Shown piece after piece: positions 38,430-49,963 of a stretch of DNA of 64,000 nt. The stretch is from the NCBI RefSeq assembly GCF_046119375.1, contig NW_027362771.1, forward strand, positions 261,206,001-261,270,000, read 5' to 3'. A program made the position numbers and the translations under genes. The stretch is from Phyllobates terribilis (taxonomy: Eukaryota). The notes below the pieces were generated by a model. That model had not been told where the DNA came from. It made no database searches and was given only the letters and a program-made list of their open reading frames with translations. How positions within the stretch are numbered: the stretch's first letter is position 1; each line of letters opens with the position of its first letter.

Positions 38430-38827
38430 GTATGTACATGCATATATGTTGAAACTATAAAAATGCTCTACTGTTTGTTTCTGTTAATCTTGATGGTGAG
38501 GAGCACATGACGTTTTCAATTACCTGTGCCCTATCAGATGTCTTTACTACTGCTTGAAATTTGGTTTGGTTTTTAAAATTGAATAATTATTTGTTATTAG
38601 ATGGTAAAAAAAGTGTTAAACAGATGGAGAATATACCTTAAAATTACAAAAATAAAGCATATAACATGTTGTTTCACAATTATTAATATTTGAGTATCTA
38701 TATGAAGTTTCACACTTGCAAAAAAAAAAAAATTAATAAAACAGTGATTAGAATCAGAAATAAGGCTTTAATCTAGAATTAGCATTCAATGTTATGATAT
38801 TAATATTATTTCAAAGCATTTCATTAA

Positions 38828-39780
38828 CCCCTTCGACCCGAAGCCTGTTTTCACCTTCCTTATCAGGCCAAATTTTACAATTCTGACCAGTGTCACTTTG
38901 TTTTAATAACTCTGGAACAATTCAACAAACCCCAGTGATTCTGAGATTGCTTTTTCATGACACATTGTACTTTATGTTAGAAAATAACCAAAAGTGATAC
39001 CATTTTAAATACTGCACCCCTCAAAATCACATTCAAGAAGTTTATTAAACTTTTAGGTTCTTCACAGGAATTAAAGCAATGTGGAAGGAATAAATGAACT
39101 TTTTTTTGCATTTTTACAAGAGTAACAGGAGAAAATAAATAATACAGTTTGTTATGCAATCTCTCCTGAGTACACCGATACCCTATATGTGGAGGAAAAC
39201 TACTGTTTGGGTGCACGGCAGGGCTCGGAACGGTAGGAGCGCCATATGACTTTTGGAGCACAAAATTCTCTGGAATAGATAGTGGAAAACTTGTTTTGAG
39301 TCACAGTGCAAAGTTCAGAAGGGAAGAAGTGCCATATTGTAGTGCACATTTTGCTTGAATGGGTTGAGGGTGCCATGTCATTTTGGCAGAGCCCCTGAGG
39401 TGCCAGGACAGCAGAAATCTCTCCATAAGTGACCTCATTTTACAAACTACACCTATCAATGAATTAATCTAAGGGTGCAGTGATTTTATTGACACTACAT
39501 GTGTCACAGAATTTTATACTATTGGGCAGTGAAGAAAAAAAACACTGTATCTACCCCTCCATGCTATCAGTATGAACTTCAGCTCTGAAAATTGAAAACG
39601 TTATGGGTTTTGGAAAATGGCGACAAAGGCAACATTTTTTCCAAATTTCTTTTCACTTTTTTTTTTAAAAAAAAAACTACATGTTTGGTATCTGCGTAAA
39701 CATACTGACCTGGAGAATCATATTGCCTAGTCAGTTTTACCATATAGGGAACCAAAAACACAACTGTGGAATTGCACGAT
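38828..39780 (+). mobile_element. Truncated copy of the piggyBac-like non-autonomous family
   Basis: TTAA|CCCCTTCGACCCGAAGCCTGTTTTCACC is nearly identical to the left end at 20531. It carries the same internal units. No right TIR was found. Confidence 0.75.
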
Positions 39781-41054
39781 CCTTCGCCCCCTGGAAGAAG
39801 CCATGGCAAAACGTGCACCAGGTATCAAAAGGTAATTATTAATAGATTATACACCATGCTTATGATGTATTCCTGATAGCTGTGTTACTTGTACTAGAAA
39901 TTATGTTGATATGATATGTTTTTTACTTACTTAATTAACCTAATTATTTAAGCACCATGCTCACTTTACTTATTGTTTTTATTTTTTCTCATTTGGAGTA
40001 TATGTCACATAGTATTTATTATTATAGTGTCAACCTTATCATTTTTCTAGTTATGTGTCCTAGCATTTCAGACTATATTCATTTGTGCTTCTTAGAATTG
40101 TCATCTGTGCATTATGTGCATTCTATATATTTTTCTTCTCTGGGAAAAAATCCTCTCTGTGATGTTATCACTACTTTTTATTATATTTTGTATATTTTAA
40201 GTTTTGATATATTAAAAATCATTATTTTTTCATTTGTGTGATCAATGCCTTACAACATAATTAAAATAATTTGTTAGTTTCATCTGCATTGTTATTTACT
40301 CAGGGGGATTATTTCACTTTAAGCAAGGGATGTCCCTATTTTATTGATATAGATCATAATCCATAGTCAAGGAGCCTTACAAGGTACTTCCAAAATACTG
40401 ATGAGTCTTCTAAGGATTTATTTTCCATATCGTAGAGTACTAGGGGGGATTCATTATGCACTGCTTTCAGCAAAGGATCCATATATTTCAGTTAATGAAA
40501 AGGAGCAAGACATGCATTATGCATCATTGAGATCACACACGTCTGTTTGCTGGATGTGTTAGGTATTACAAAGTGTGTTGGTCCCATTCATAAATCTGCC
40601 ATTAAAATGATGAAATTCTTATACTGAAAATCTGACTTTTAATATTGTAAACTCACAACCACTCATTTATTTGTGAACATCAGAGGAATAATTAACATGA
40701 TCTGATTTATACAGGATTCTGACATGACATAAAAATAAAACTAAACCCTTTCATGACCAGAGTGTTTAGGGTCCTTAAGCCCAAAGCAAAATTTTATCTT
40801 TTAAAATGCTGCATACAAAAACAGTTTTTTTCTTAGTGTATTCATTTTTTGTCTCCTTGATGTGGCTGTATGAATCTTTGTTTTATGCAGGAAAAATTGT
40901 AATATTTTGCTTTGGGGTATACACTGGCAAGTAAAAGTTGGTCAAAATTACTGTTATTGTGAACATTTAAGCAACTTAAAGATGAAATGATCCCTAAAAG
41001 GCTAAAGTTAAAGATTACACATTTCCTTTGTATTTTGGGCAAAAAACAAAAAAA

Positions 41055-41058
<4 letters not shown>

Positions 41059-41112
<54 letters not shown>
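41059..41112. repeat. (AT)n microsatellite
   Basis: Direct inspection shows one interruption. Confidence 0.95.
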
Positions 41113-41113
<1 letters not shown>

Positions 41114-41114
41114 C

Positions 41115-41585
41115 CTGCTTGGTTAGTACCTAGTAGCACCCTCTTTTGAAAGTATCATAGCTTGTAAACACTTTTGTAGCCAGACAAGGGTCTTTCAATT
41201 CTTGTTTGAGGGATTTTCTTCCATTCTGTCTTGGAAAATTCTTCAAGTTCTGTGAGATTCCCGAGTCATCTTGCATGCACTGCTATTTTTAAGTCTAGCC
41301 ACAGATTTTCAATGATGTTCACATCAGGGTACTATGAGGGCCATTGTAAAACCTTCAGCTTGTGCCTTTTGAGGTAGTCTGTTGTGGATTTTGACGTATA
41401 TTTAGGATCATTATCCTATTAGCCATCCTCTTTTCAACTTCAGCTTTTTTACAGGTGTGTTATGTTTGCATCAAGAATTTGTTGAAATTTCATTGACTCC
41501 ATTCTTCCCTCTACCCGTGAAATGTTCCTTGTGCCATTGGCTGCAACACAACGCCAAAGCCTGATTGATTCACCTCCATGCTCAT
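41115..41585 (-). mobile_element. Degenerate Tc1 transposase C-terminal fragment
   Basis: Minus-strand remnants of the GGESIRLWRCVAANG, DNDPK, DVNIIENLW and KGATRY motifs, with frameshifts. Confidence 0.7.
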
Positions 41586-42414
41586 TTTCAGAGTGCTAGG
41601 CAGCTGCTTAGAAGAATCTGCTGTTTTTGGCACAAGGTTAGAGGAGGCTGGGTTTTTATAAAGCCGAGAAATCTGTATATCCTGGGGTCATTCCATGTCA
41701 AGTGATCTAAATCTGAATTATTTTTTTACCCAATATCTTCGGATTTTTTCTTTCTTTGATTTATTTTGAAGTGCTACTTAAGTGAATTACAATAAAAAAA
41801 AAGTTTTGCATTTTTATCTTTATTAGTTTAATTTATAGATTTCTAAAGTTTTGAAAAAGTCTGAATTTTGAGCTTGAATGATGTTACATTTTTTATCATA
41901 TCTCACGTTAGAAATAAGATAAAGAGATGGGAGAGGCACCGTTTTGTTTACAACGGTACAGGCTTTAATTTGATATATCACAAGATTATGTTTGTTGATA
42001 TTTTGTTTTTGAGGATTCAAATTCAAAATTTTGATGCGCAATTTTGAAAAAACAATGTTGTAAAATTTTCAAAAAAGGCATATTTGTTACTTGAGTTCTT
42101 GGTTACATTTGTACAAAGATTCAAGTTGGGCTCTCCTTGGGATCATATTTTTAAGTGTGATTTTCTAAATGCAGTCTCATCCTAATCATAGGTTTAATGC
42201 TAAAGTAAAAGCAGCAATATTAAATATTTAAATATAAGTGTATCAATTTTTTTATTATTACGACACTAGACATGTCCTTTTTCAAGTTTTTAGACAGTGC
42301 ATTGTAGTTAAATTATCGAGCTTTAAAATAAAGCAAAATGAACTAGTCAAAATGAACAATTAATTTAAACTGAGCTTTTTTCATCAATTTGTCCCTTTTA
42401 CTGGGCGAGATTTA

Positions 42415-42865
42415 GGCTGTGTGCCCACTATGCATTTTTTAAGCATTTCCGCAGCGGCAGTTCCGCCGCAGAAACGCTTAAAAAATGCTTGGTAGAAGGT
42501 CTGCAATGTTCCCCAATGATAATCCGCATGTGATGTGCACATGCTGCGGAAATTTCCTCTGTGGATTATCATTGCTGAAAAATCCGCAGCACTACCAATT
42601 ATTTTACATTGACTTGCATTGAATCGCTTAATATCCGCATGACTTCATGTGCACATGCGGATATTAAGCGATTCAATGTGCGGATGGTACCCAGGTCTGG
42701 AGAAGAGGAGACTCTCCTCCAGACCCGGGTACCATAGTGGCTGTAAAAAAAAAAAAGAATTTAAAATAAAAAAAATACATTTTACTCACCTTCTGATGGC
42801 CCCCGGTCTTCTTAGTTATGCGTCCTAGCTTCCCGGCGGCTCGCGATGGTCTAAAAGGACCTGCT
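42415..42865. mobile_element. Truncated PIF/Harbinger-type MITE (same family as 62667)
   Basis: TTA|GGCTGTGTGCCCAC left end. Internal hairpin ATGGTACCCAGGTCTGGAG-AAGAGGAGACT-CTCCTCCAGACCCGGGTACCAT is shared with 62965-63021. Confidence 0.65.
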
Positions 42866-42869
42866 ATGG

Positions 42870-43312
42870 ATACACCTAAATTAAATGGGAATGGTTGGTG
42901 ATATCAACTTCCTGTTTGTGGCACATTAGTATATGGGAGGGAAAACTTTTCCAGATGGGTGGTGACCATAGCGGCCATTTTGAAGTCGGCCATTTTGGAT
43001 CCAACTTTATTTTTTTCAATGGGAAGAGGGTCATATGACACATCAAACTTATTGAGAATTTCATAAGAAAAACAATTGTGTGCTTGGTTTTAACGTAACT
43101 TTATTCTTTCATGAGTTTTTTACAAGTTTATGACCACTTATAAAATGTGTTCAAAGTGCTGCCCATTGTGTTGGATTGTCAATGCAACCCTCTTCTCCCA
43201 CTCTTGACACACTGATAGCAACACCACAGAAGAAATGCTAGCACAGGCTTCCAGTATCTGTTGTTTCAGATGCTGCACATCTCGTATCTTGATGCTATGG
43301 TGTGGTATATTT
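42870..43312 (-). mobile_element. Tc1/mariner-type transposase C-terminus and terminal region
   Basis: KIRDVQHLKQQILEACASISSVVLLSVCQEWEKRVALTIQHNGQHFEHIL* is a typical mariner/Tc3-like C-terminus. Confidence 0.7.
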
Positions 43313-44168
43313 ATTCTCATCATCATGAAGAAAGAGAGGAAAAAAACAACATAGTAATTATCATCCAATAAATAATCTGTAAATCATCCAAAAAGAGAGG
43401 AAAATAACAACAACGCACCCACCCCCTCATAAAATTAATAAATTAGTGCGCTGACTAATAGAACAAATTGTTCGGAGATAGGAATAGCCAAAAGTTTTTT
43501 TCTGCATGCATCATCCAAAACAAGTATTCAGGTAATTCAAGATAATCCGGATTAGATAAAAAAAACTACTTTTATCAGATAAGCATCTGCAGCTTCCTGA
43601 GTCATAAAACTTCCATTGGTTAGTTACTAGTAGGGGTATATCATAAGTATATGTTAGTCAGTGTAAAATAGCCCAAACATTCTCAAAGAGACACCACCAA
43701 TTCCAAGTTTGCATACACATCTACAAGCATGGGAAAAAAATTAGATGATGAGCATTATCCTCCGACAACATTGATCAACAAGTGCTACTTCTACTTGGGT
43801 TATTTTAGGTTTTTGACTTTTCCTGGAATGGAAAGTTCAGTGTGCTGACTAGCAGAATGCCATCTACTCTGGACAATGTGGATGGAGCACATTAAACAGC
43901 TTGTAGCACTCTCCTAATAACCAATGATGTTCTGATAATGAAGTGCCTCAGTCCAAAGGATAATATAGGGAGCAATAATACTCCACCTTCTATCTCCACC
44001 AGCAGCACACACACATGAACCCCTGTCATGCCAACACTGAGTGTATTTCCACTACAATCAATACTGGAGCCGCATAAACTGAGAGCCAAGTTCTGTGGTA
44101 ATGGAAAGACAAACATGGCCGTCATGCTAACATCTGTTGCCACTTCATTGCAGTAAATACTAGAGCAT

Positions 44169-44442
44169 GGAAAAGAAGATGTTGGGGTATTACAGCTCCT
44201 GGTAAAAAATAACTTTTATTCCATATTAATAGCAAAAATTTGAGCCAAAGTAATGAGACAGAAAGTGACGCGTTTCGAACGGATTCCAACGTTCTTTGTC
44301 AAAGCCTTTGACAAAGAATGTTGGAATACGTTCAAAACGCATCGCACTCTGTCCCTTTACTTTGGATGTCATTTTCATTACTAATATGGAATTAAAATGA
44401 TTTTTTTACAAGGAGCTGGAATACCCCAACATTTTCTTTTCC
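44169..44442. repeat. Penelope-type fold-back element with a variant hammerhead motif in each arm
   Basis: ~135-bp inverted arms with centre TTTGTCAAAG-C-CTTTGACAAA. The minus strand reads TTGACAA-A-GAACG-TTGGAATC-CGTTC-GAAA-CGCG-TC. Confidence 0.75.
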
Positions 44443-46143
44443 TATTTCTACATGAATGATCGAATTGTGCTTTCTGTGCATACTGGACTACAGTCACTAG
44501 TCAGCTGGAATATTGCCTTTTTATCCAATACTGGAGCATCACAAGTAGAGGCATTTGGAGCTAGGTGTCAGGTGCAGCAATTAAACTCGAGGTGGGGAGG
44601 TGTGGAAACTGAGCGCCTGGTACATCTGATCACATGCTCCTCCCGCTGTGAATGTCGTAACAACTTTTAATAAATCTCATAACATCATTCATACATTTTT
44701 TCACAAGCATTGGCGTATTTTGAACAGAGACCCAACTTTGGGTCACCTCCTAGCTATTAAACCACACATCCTTTAGGAACGCTCATAATTTGCATAACAT
44801 CATTTCACCAAGCAGACTAAAAATTAGGAAAGGCATACTCACCACATCTAATATAAGAAAGGGGAGTTTTAAGTGCTATACAAATAAATGACTTTGCTGT
44901 AGAACAATTAAGAACAATAGTCTACATTTCACCTTCCCTTGTAAGGGAGAGTCCTTTAAATGTTATTTGAATTGTAAATTAAATTATATTTCTCATAAAA
45001 TGTATATGTAAAAAAAAATTATGTTCTTAGAACCATCCAACACCTACATTAAAGACTGAAAAAAAAAATGATCTAACATAAAAAAGGATATCGTAAACAT
45101 GGCTTATCTTACCATAATGCAATCGAACACAAAGGTGATTTGGGTTCTTTTCAAATCTTTTCTAATAATTGGATTCCGAGCAACATCCCAAATAGGTTCA
45201 AAGCCCTGCAGAAAAGAGATGTTTTGGATCTACTGTTTGGTAGACCTCTTGATTAGAGATGAGCGTTCGCCAATCTCAAATTCGAGCTGTTTTGGGCGGT
45301 GTTCGAGCGGTTCGGCGAACACGAACGATTTGAAAAAAATTCGGCTGTTCGAGGTTATGTTCGATAACCAAAATCATGACTGGATTTTTTCTCAGTAATG
45401 ATGAAAATTAATGTTAATACGCAGTTTGAGTGTACAGCGGGGCGGGGGGAGGGGCATGGGATGGATCTCTGCAGGAATAATGAAGATCTCCATTTTTTTT
45501 TTTCTCTTTCCCACATTTACAGTGGGGAGGTGTAATCTGTCAGCCTATCAGCAGCGCACACACGGAGCGAAGTGCTTTTTTTCACACAAGCAAGGGCATG
45601 TGTCATTGGCAGTGTATGTCACATGTCCTTGCCCTATAAGACCCAGCCATTTTCCCCGTCGCCACCATTTTCTCACTGCTGCAGCTGCGTGTTAGACGGC
45701 ACCGCTGTTGCTGTGTGCGCTATACCTTGTTAATTTCAAGCCAATTTTCGCACAAATCTACAGATAGCTTGGGAGTAGGGAATAGTTGTGATTGCAGTCC
45801 TTTTAAGGACTAGGTTACAGCATTTCCTACGACTTTTATCAGGCAGGTCTGTGCTCTTGAATAGATATGTTGTGGGAGTAAAGACTAATTGTAATTGCAG
45901 TCCTTTTCAGGACTAAGTTACATCAGTTCCTATCAGTTTTTGCCAGGCACGTCTGTGCCAGTGCTGTGCAAGTTTTTTTCACAGCATTTGGCTAAATCTA
46001 GCAAAGCTAATCCTTTTTGGCCTATTGCAGAGTGTGTTAGTCAGTGGAGTAGCCTATCTGTGCTGCAAGCTACACCACCTGTGTACAGAATACCAATTTT
46101 TTTACTGCACCTAGTGAAGTAAAACCTTTTGGGCATAGCATCA

Positions 46144-48097
46144 TTCTATTAGTCCATCTATACTGACCTCCATAAGGTTGCAAATTGAATATAATTTTTT
46201 TCTGCATCTAGCTCTGAAAAAATATTTGGCCTTCTAGCTGTGTGTGGGACTTGTTCTATTAGTCCATCTATACTGACCTCCATCAGGTTGCAAACTGAAT
46301 ATATTTTTTTCTGCATCTACCTCTGAAAAAATATTTGGGCTTCTAGCTGTGTGTGGGACTTGTTCTATTAGTCCATCTATACTGACCTCCATCAGGTTGC
46401 AAATTGAATATAATTTTTTTCTGCATCTAGCTCTGAAAAAATATTTGGCCTTCTAGCAGTCTGTGGGACTTGTTCTATTAGTCCATCTATACTGACCTCC
46501 ATCAGGTTGCAAATTCAAAATAATTTTTTGTCTGCATCTAGCTCTGAAAAAATATTTGGCCTTCTAGCAGTGTGTGGGACTTGTTCTATTAGTCCATCTA
46601 TACTGACCTCCATCAGGTTGCAGATTAAAAATAATTTTTATCTGCATCTAGCTCTGAAAAAATATTTGGCCTTCTAGCAGTGTGTGGGACTTGTTCTATT
46701 AGTCCATCTATACTGACCTCCATCAGGTTGCAAATTAAAAATAATTTTTATCTGCATCTAGCTCTGAAAAAATATTTGGCCTTCTAGCAGTGTGTGGGGC
46801 TTGTTCTATTAGTCCATCTATACTGACCTCCATCAGGTTGCAAACTGAATATAATTTTTTTCTGCATCTACCTCTGGAAAAATATTTGGGCTTCTAGCTG
46901 TGTGTGGGACTTGTTATATTAGTCCATCTATACTGACCTCCATCAGGTTGCAAATTGAATATAATATTTTTCTGCATCTAGCTCTGAAAAAATATTTGGC
47001 CTTCTAGCAGTGTGTGGGACTTGTTCTATTAGTCCATCTATACTGACCTCCATCAGGTTGCAAACTGAATATAATTTTTTTTCTGCATCTACCTCTGAAA
47101 AAATATTTGGGCTTCTAGCTGTGTGTGGGACTTGTTCTATTAGTCCATCTATACTGACCTCCATCAGGTTGCAAATTCAAAATAATTTTTTGTCTGCATC
47201 TAGCTCTGAAAAAAATATTTGGCCTTCTAGCAGTGTGTGGGACTTGTTCTATTAGTCCATCTATACTGACCTCCATCAGGTTGCAAATTCAAAATAATTT
47301 TCATCTGCATCTAGCTCTGAAAAAATATTTGGCCTTCTAGCAGTGTGTGGGACTTGTTCTATTAGTCCATCTATACTGACCTCCATCAGGTTGCAAATTG
47401 AATATAATATTTTTCTGCATCTAGCTCTGAAAAAATATTTGGCCTTCTAGCAGTGTGTGGGACTTGTTCTATTAGTCCATCTATACTGACCTCCATCAGG
47501 TTGCAAACTGAATATAATTTTTTTTCTGCATCTACCTCTGAAAAAATATTTGGGCTTCTAGCTGTGTGTGGGACTTGTTCTATTAGTCCATCTATACTGA
47601 CCTCCATCAGGTTGCAAATTCAAAATAATTTTTTGTCTGCATCTAGCTCTGAAAAAAATATTTGGCCTTCTAGCAGTGTGTGGGACTTGTTCTATTAGTC
47701 CATCTATACTGACCTCCATCAGGTTGCAAACTGAATATAATTTTTTTCTGCATCTAGCTCTGAAAAAATATTTGGCCTTCTAGCAGTGTGTGGGACTTGT
47801 TCTATTAGTCCATCTATACTGACCTCCATCAGGTTGCAAATTAAAAATAATTTTTATCTGCATCTAGCTCTGAAAAAATATTTGGCTTTCTAGCAGTGTG
47901 TGGGACTTGTTCTATTAGTCCATCTATACTGACCTCCATCAGGTTGCAAGCTGAATATAATTTTTTTCTGCATCTACCTCTGAAAAAATATTTGGCCTTC
48001 TAGCAGTGTGTGGGACTCATTGTATTAGGTTATCTATACCAAGCTCCACCAGCTTTTAAATTAATAATAATTTTTAGCAGCATCTAGCCCTGAAAAG
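46144..48097. repeat. ~110-bp tandem array, 17 full copies plus 1 diverged copy, inside the hAT
   Basis: Unit TTCTATTAGTCCATCTATACTGACCTCCATCAGGTTGCAAA..TCTGCATCTAGCTCTGAAAAAATATTTGGCCTTCTAGCAGTGTGTGGGACTTG, with period 109-112 bp. Confidence 0.97.
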
Positions 48098-48099
48098 AA

Positions 48100-48435
48100 T
48101 TTTTCTTCCCAATAGTGGTAGCAATAGAAATATGGGGCGCGCTCCTGGCTTACAAAAATATACGCTTCATAACAAAAAACACCAGCCTAGCGCACTGCAT
48201 TAATAAGATGGCATCATCGTCTCTCCCAGTGCTAGGCCTACTACCCAGGCTAGCATTCCTGTGCCTAAAACACAATGTATGGGTCCGCGCTAGCCACTAT
48301 GTTGAGGGGTCTAAAGCTGCTGCTAACGCTTTATAACAATTCAATTGGCAGATTTTCACAGAGCTCTTCCACAACGCCCACCCATCGGGCAACAGTTGCC
48401 CACCTTCCCTATGGGATCTAGTGGCGAATAGTTGA
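48100..48435 (+). pseudogene. Ngaro/DIRS-type RNase H C-terminal fragment
   Basis: FPIVVAIEIWG...INKMASSSLPVLGLL...LKHNVWVRASH..G....ANAL*QF.W...CPPSLWDLVANS*. The stop overlaps the recombinase ATG (TGATG). Confidence 0.85.
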
Positions 48436-49313
48436 TGCCATTAATCAGAGCGTCAGTTGCCCCGTCGACGTGGCAAGCATACGGTAAGGCATGGGAAGAG
48501 TGGACACGACTAGTAGCAGGCAGACGGGTTGACCAATGTGAACAAGCCAGATCACAAGTCACCATAGAATTTCTCCACCAGCTAATGATGAGGGGCATAT
48601 CAGGGGCGTCAGCGCAGCGGTGTCTGACCGGAGTAGCATTTCACTTCCAACTACTGAATTGGGGAGATGTGACAAAGATTCATCATCAGACAATCCATAA
48701 AAGGGTGGAAAAGGGGTCAGCCAAGTCAGGAGTGTAGACGTCCCGTCCCGTGTCACTAAAACTGATTTCTCACATCATATCCCTAACACTATTAACATGA
48801 CACTCACAAGCAACACTACTGTCTACTGCATTTGTGATCGCCTTCTTCGGGGCGCTATGCATAAGCGAATTAGTCCCTCAATCCAAAATTACCACCAGTG
48901 GAGGCTTATTACACCAGGACGTAGTCATAGCCAATAATGCAATACGTCTACGCATACACAAATTGAAAACGGTCCCAGCGGGCAGGGGCACTTGGGTACT
49001 TTTACAACCCACAAACGGTACACTGAGTCGGGTAACAATAGTAAAAACATATCTAACCATCAGATCACAAAGTAATTTCTTCCTATCACACATTGATGGA
49101 ACGCCATTATCAAGATACCAGTTCCAAGCTATATTTAATAAATGCATAACATCGGCAGGGAACCACCCCAAAGATTACGGGACACACTCATTCTGCATAG
49201 GCGCGGCCACAGAAGCAGCAAGAGCAGGACTGTCAGAAACGGAAGTTCAGAGGATAGGGAGATGGCGATCCACGTGTTTGGCAAGATACATAAGACCGGA
49301 CTTGTTATCCTAA
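48435..49313 (+). pseudogene. Tyrosine recombinase of an Ngaro-type YR retrotransposon (frameshifted)
   Basis: SVAPSTWQAYGKAW...; AFFGAL[C]ISELV; HKLKT; YGTHSF[C]IGAATEAA; IGRWRS...RYIRP. Both catalytic Arg codons appear as TGC. Confidence 0.9.
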
Positions 49314-49334
49314 CGTGGTTTGTTTCTTTTACAG

Positions 49335-49963
49335 GTGACGCTAAGCCAACAGTGTGGGTGATAGGCCACTCGTATATATGTTGGGCAGAAAAAAGGGCGA
49401 AAGTCCGCCCAGGCGGGAGGAAATTAGAGTTTCATAACACATATTTCAACTGGAGAGGTATTAGAGGCCTGCTATGGCCACAGGTACTAATGGAGGTAAT
49501 CAAGGTAGGGAGAGAGGCAAGATGTCCGGTCATCTTAGTTATACAGGCCGGGGGAAACAACCTAGGTCATTACAAGAGCGCATAACTAATGGCAATAATG
49601 AAACTAGACACTGAGCGCTTCAGAGAGTTTTTCACAAAACTAGCTATAGTATGGTCAGAGATTGTGCCGATAGCGGTATGGCAAGGTGCGCGAGACATTA
49701 CGGCCATCGAACGGACAAGGCGGGTAATAAATATTCGGATGGCAAAATTTAGAAGAGACAGAGGTGGTGTAGTGGTACGACACCAACAACTGGAAGGAGA
49801 TAAAGCAGGCCTCATACGGCCCTACGGTGTTCACTTAATGGATATTGGACTGGACATATTCCTGTCAGGACTCCATGACAGAGTGGAACAAGCGTTAAGA
49901 GTGATGGGTGGGGGTCAGAGTCCTGCATTCGAGTGCGCAGGATCCTCCGTGGCCTGGAAATAG
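49335..49963 (+). pseudogene. SGNH/GDSL-type hydrolase ORF of Ngaro element (one in-frame stop)
   Basis: Block I VWVIGHSY, block III IQAGGNNL and block V RPYGVHL. TAA at 49583-49585 is in the same frame as the downstream ORF. Confidence 0.85.

Noticed and set aside
45099-45398. 99-aa plus-strand ORF
   Set aside because: It crosses the hAT left boundary at 45254, so it is a chance fusion of flank and TIR.
46144-48097. CRISPR-like array or repeated protein (duplicate ORFs at 46943/47386 and 47010/47453)
   Set aside because: The units are contiguous with no unique spacers and there are no cas genes. The ORFs are by-products of the tandem repeat.
48432-49313. Phage integrase or bacterial contamination
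   Set aside because: The recombinase is flanked by a DIRS/Ngaro-type RNase H and SGNH ORF and shows CpG decay. It sits inside a vertebrate intron.
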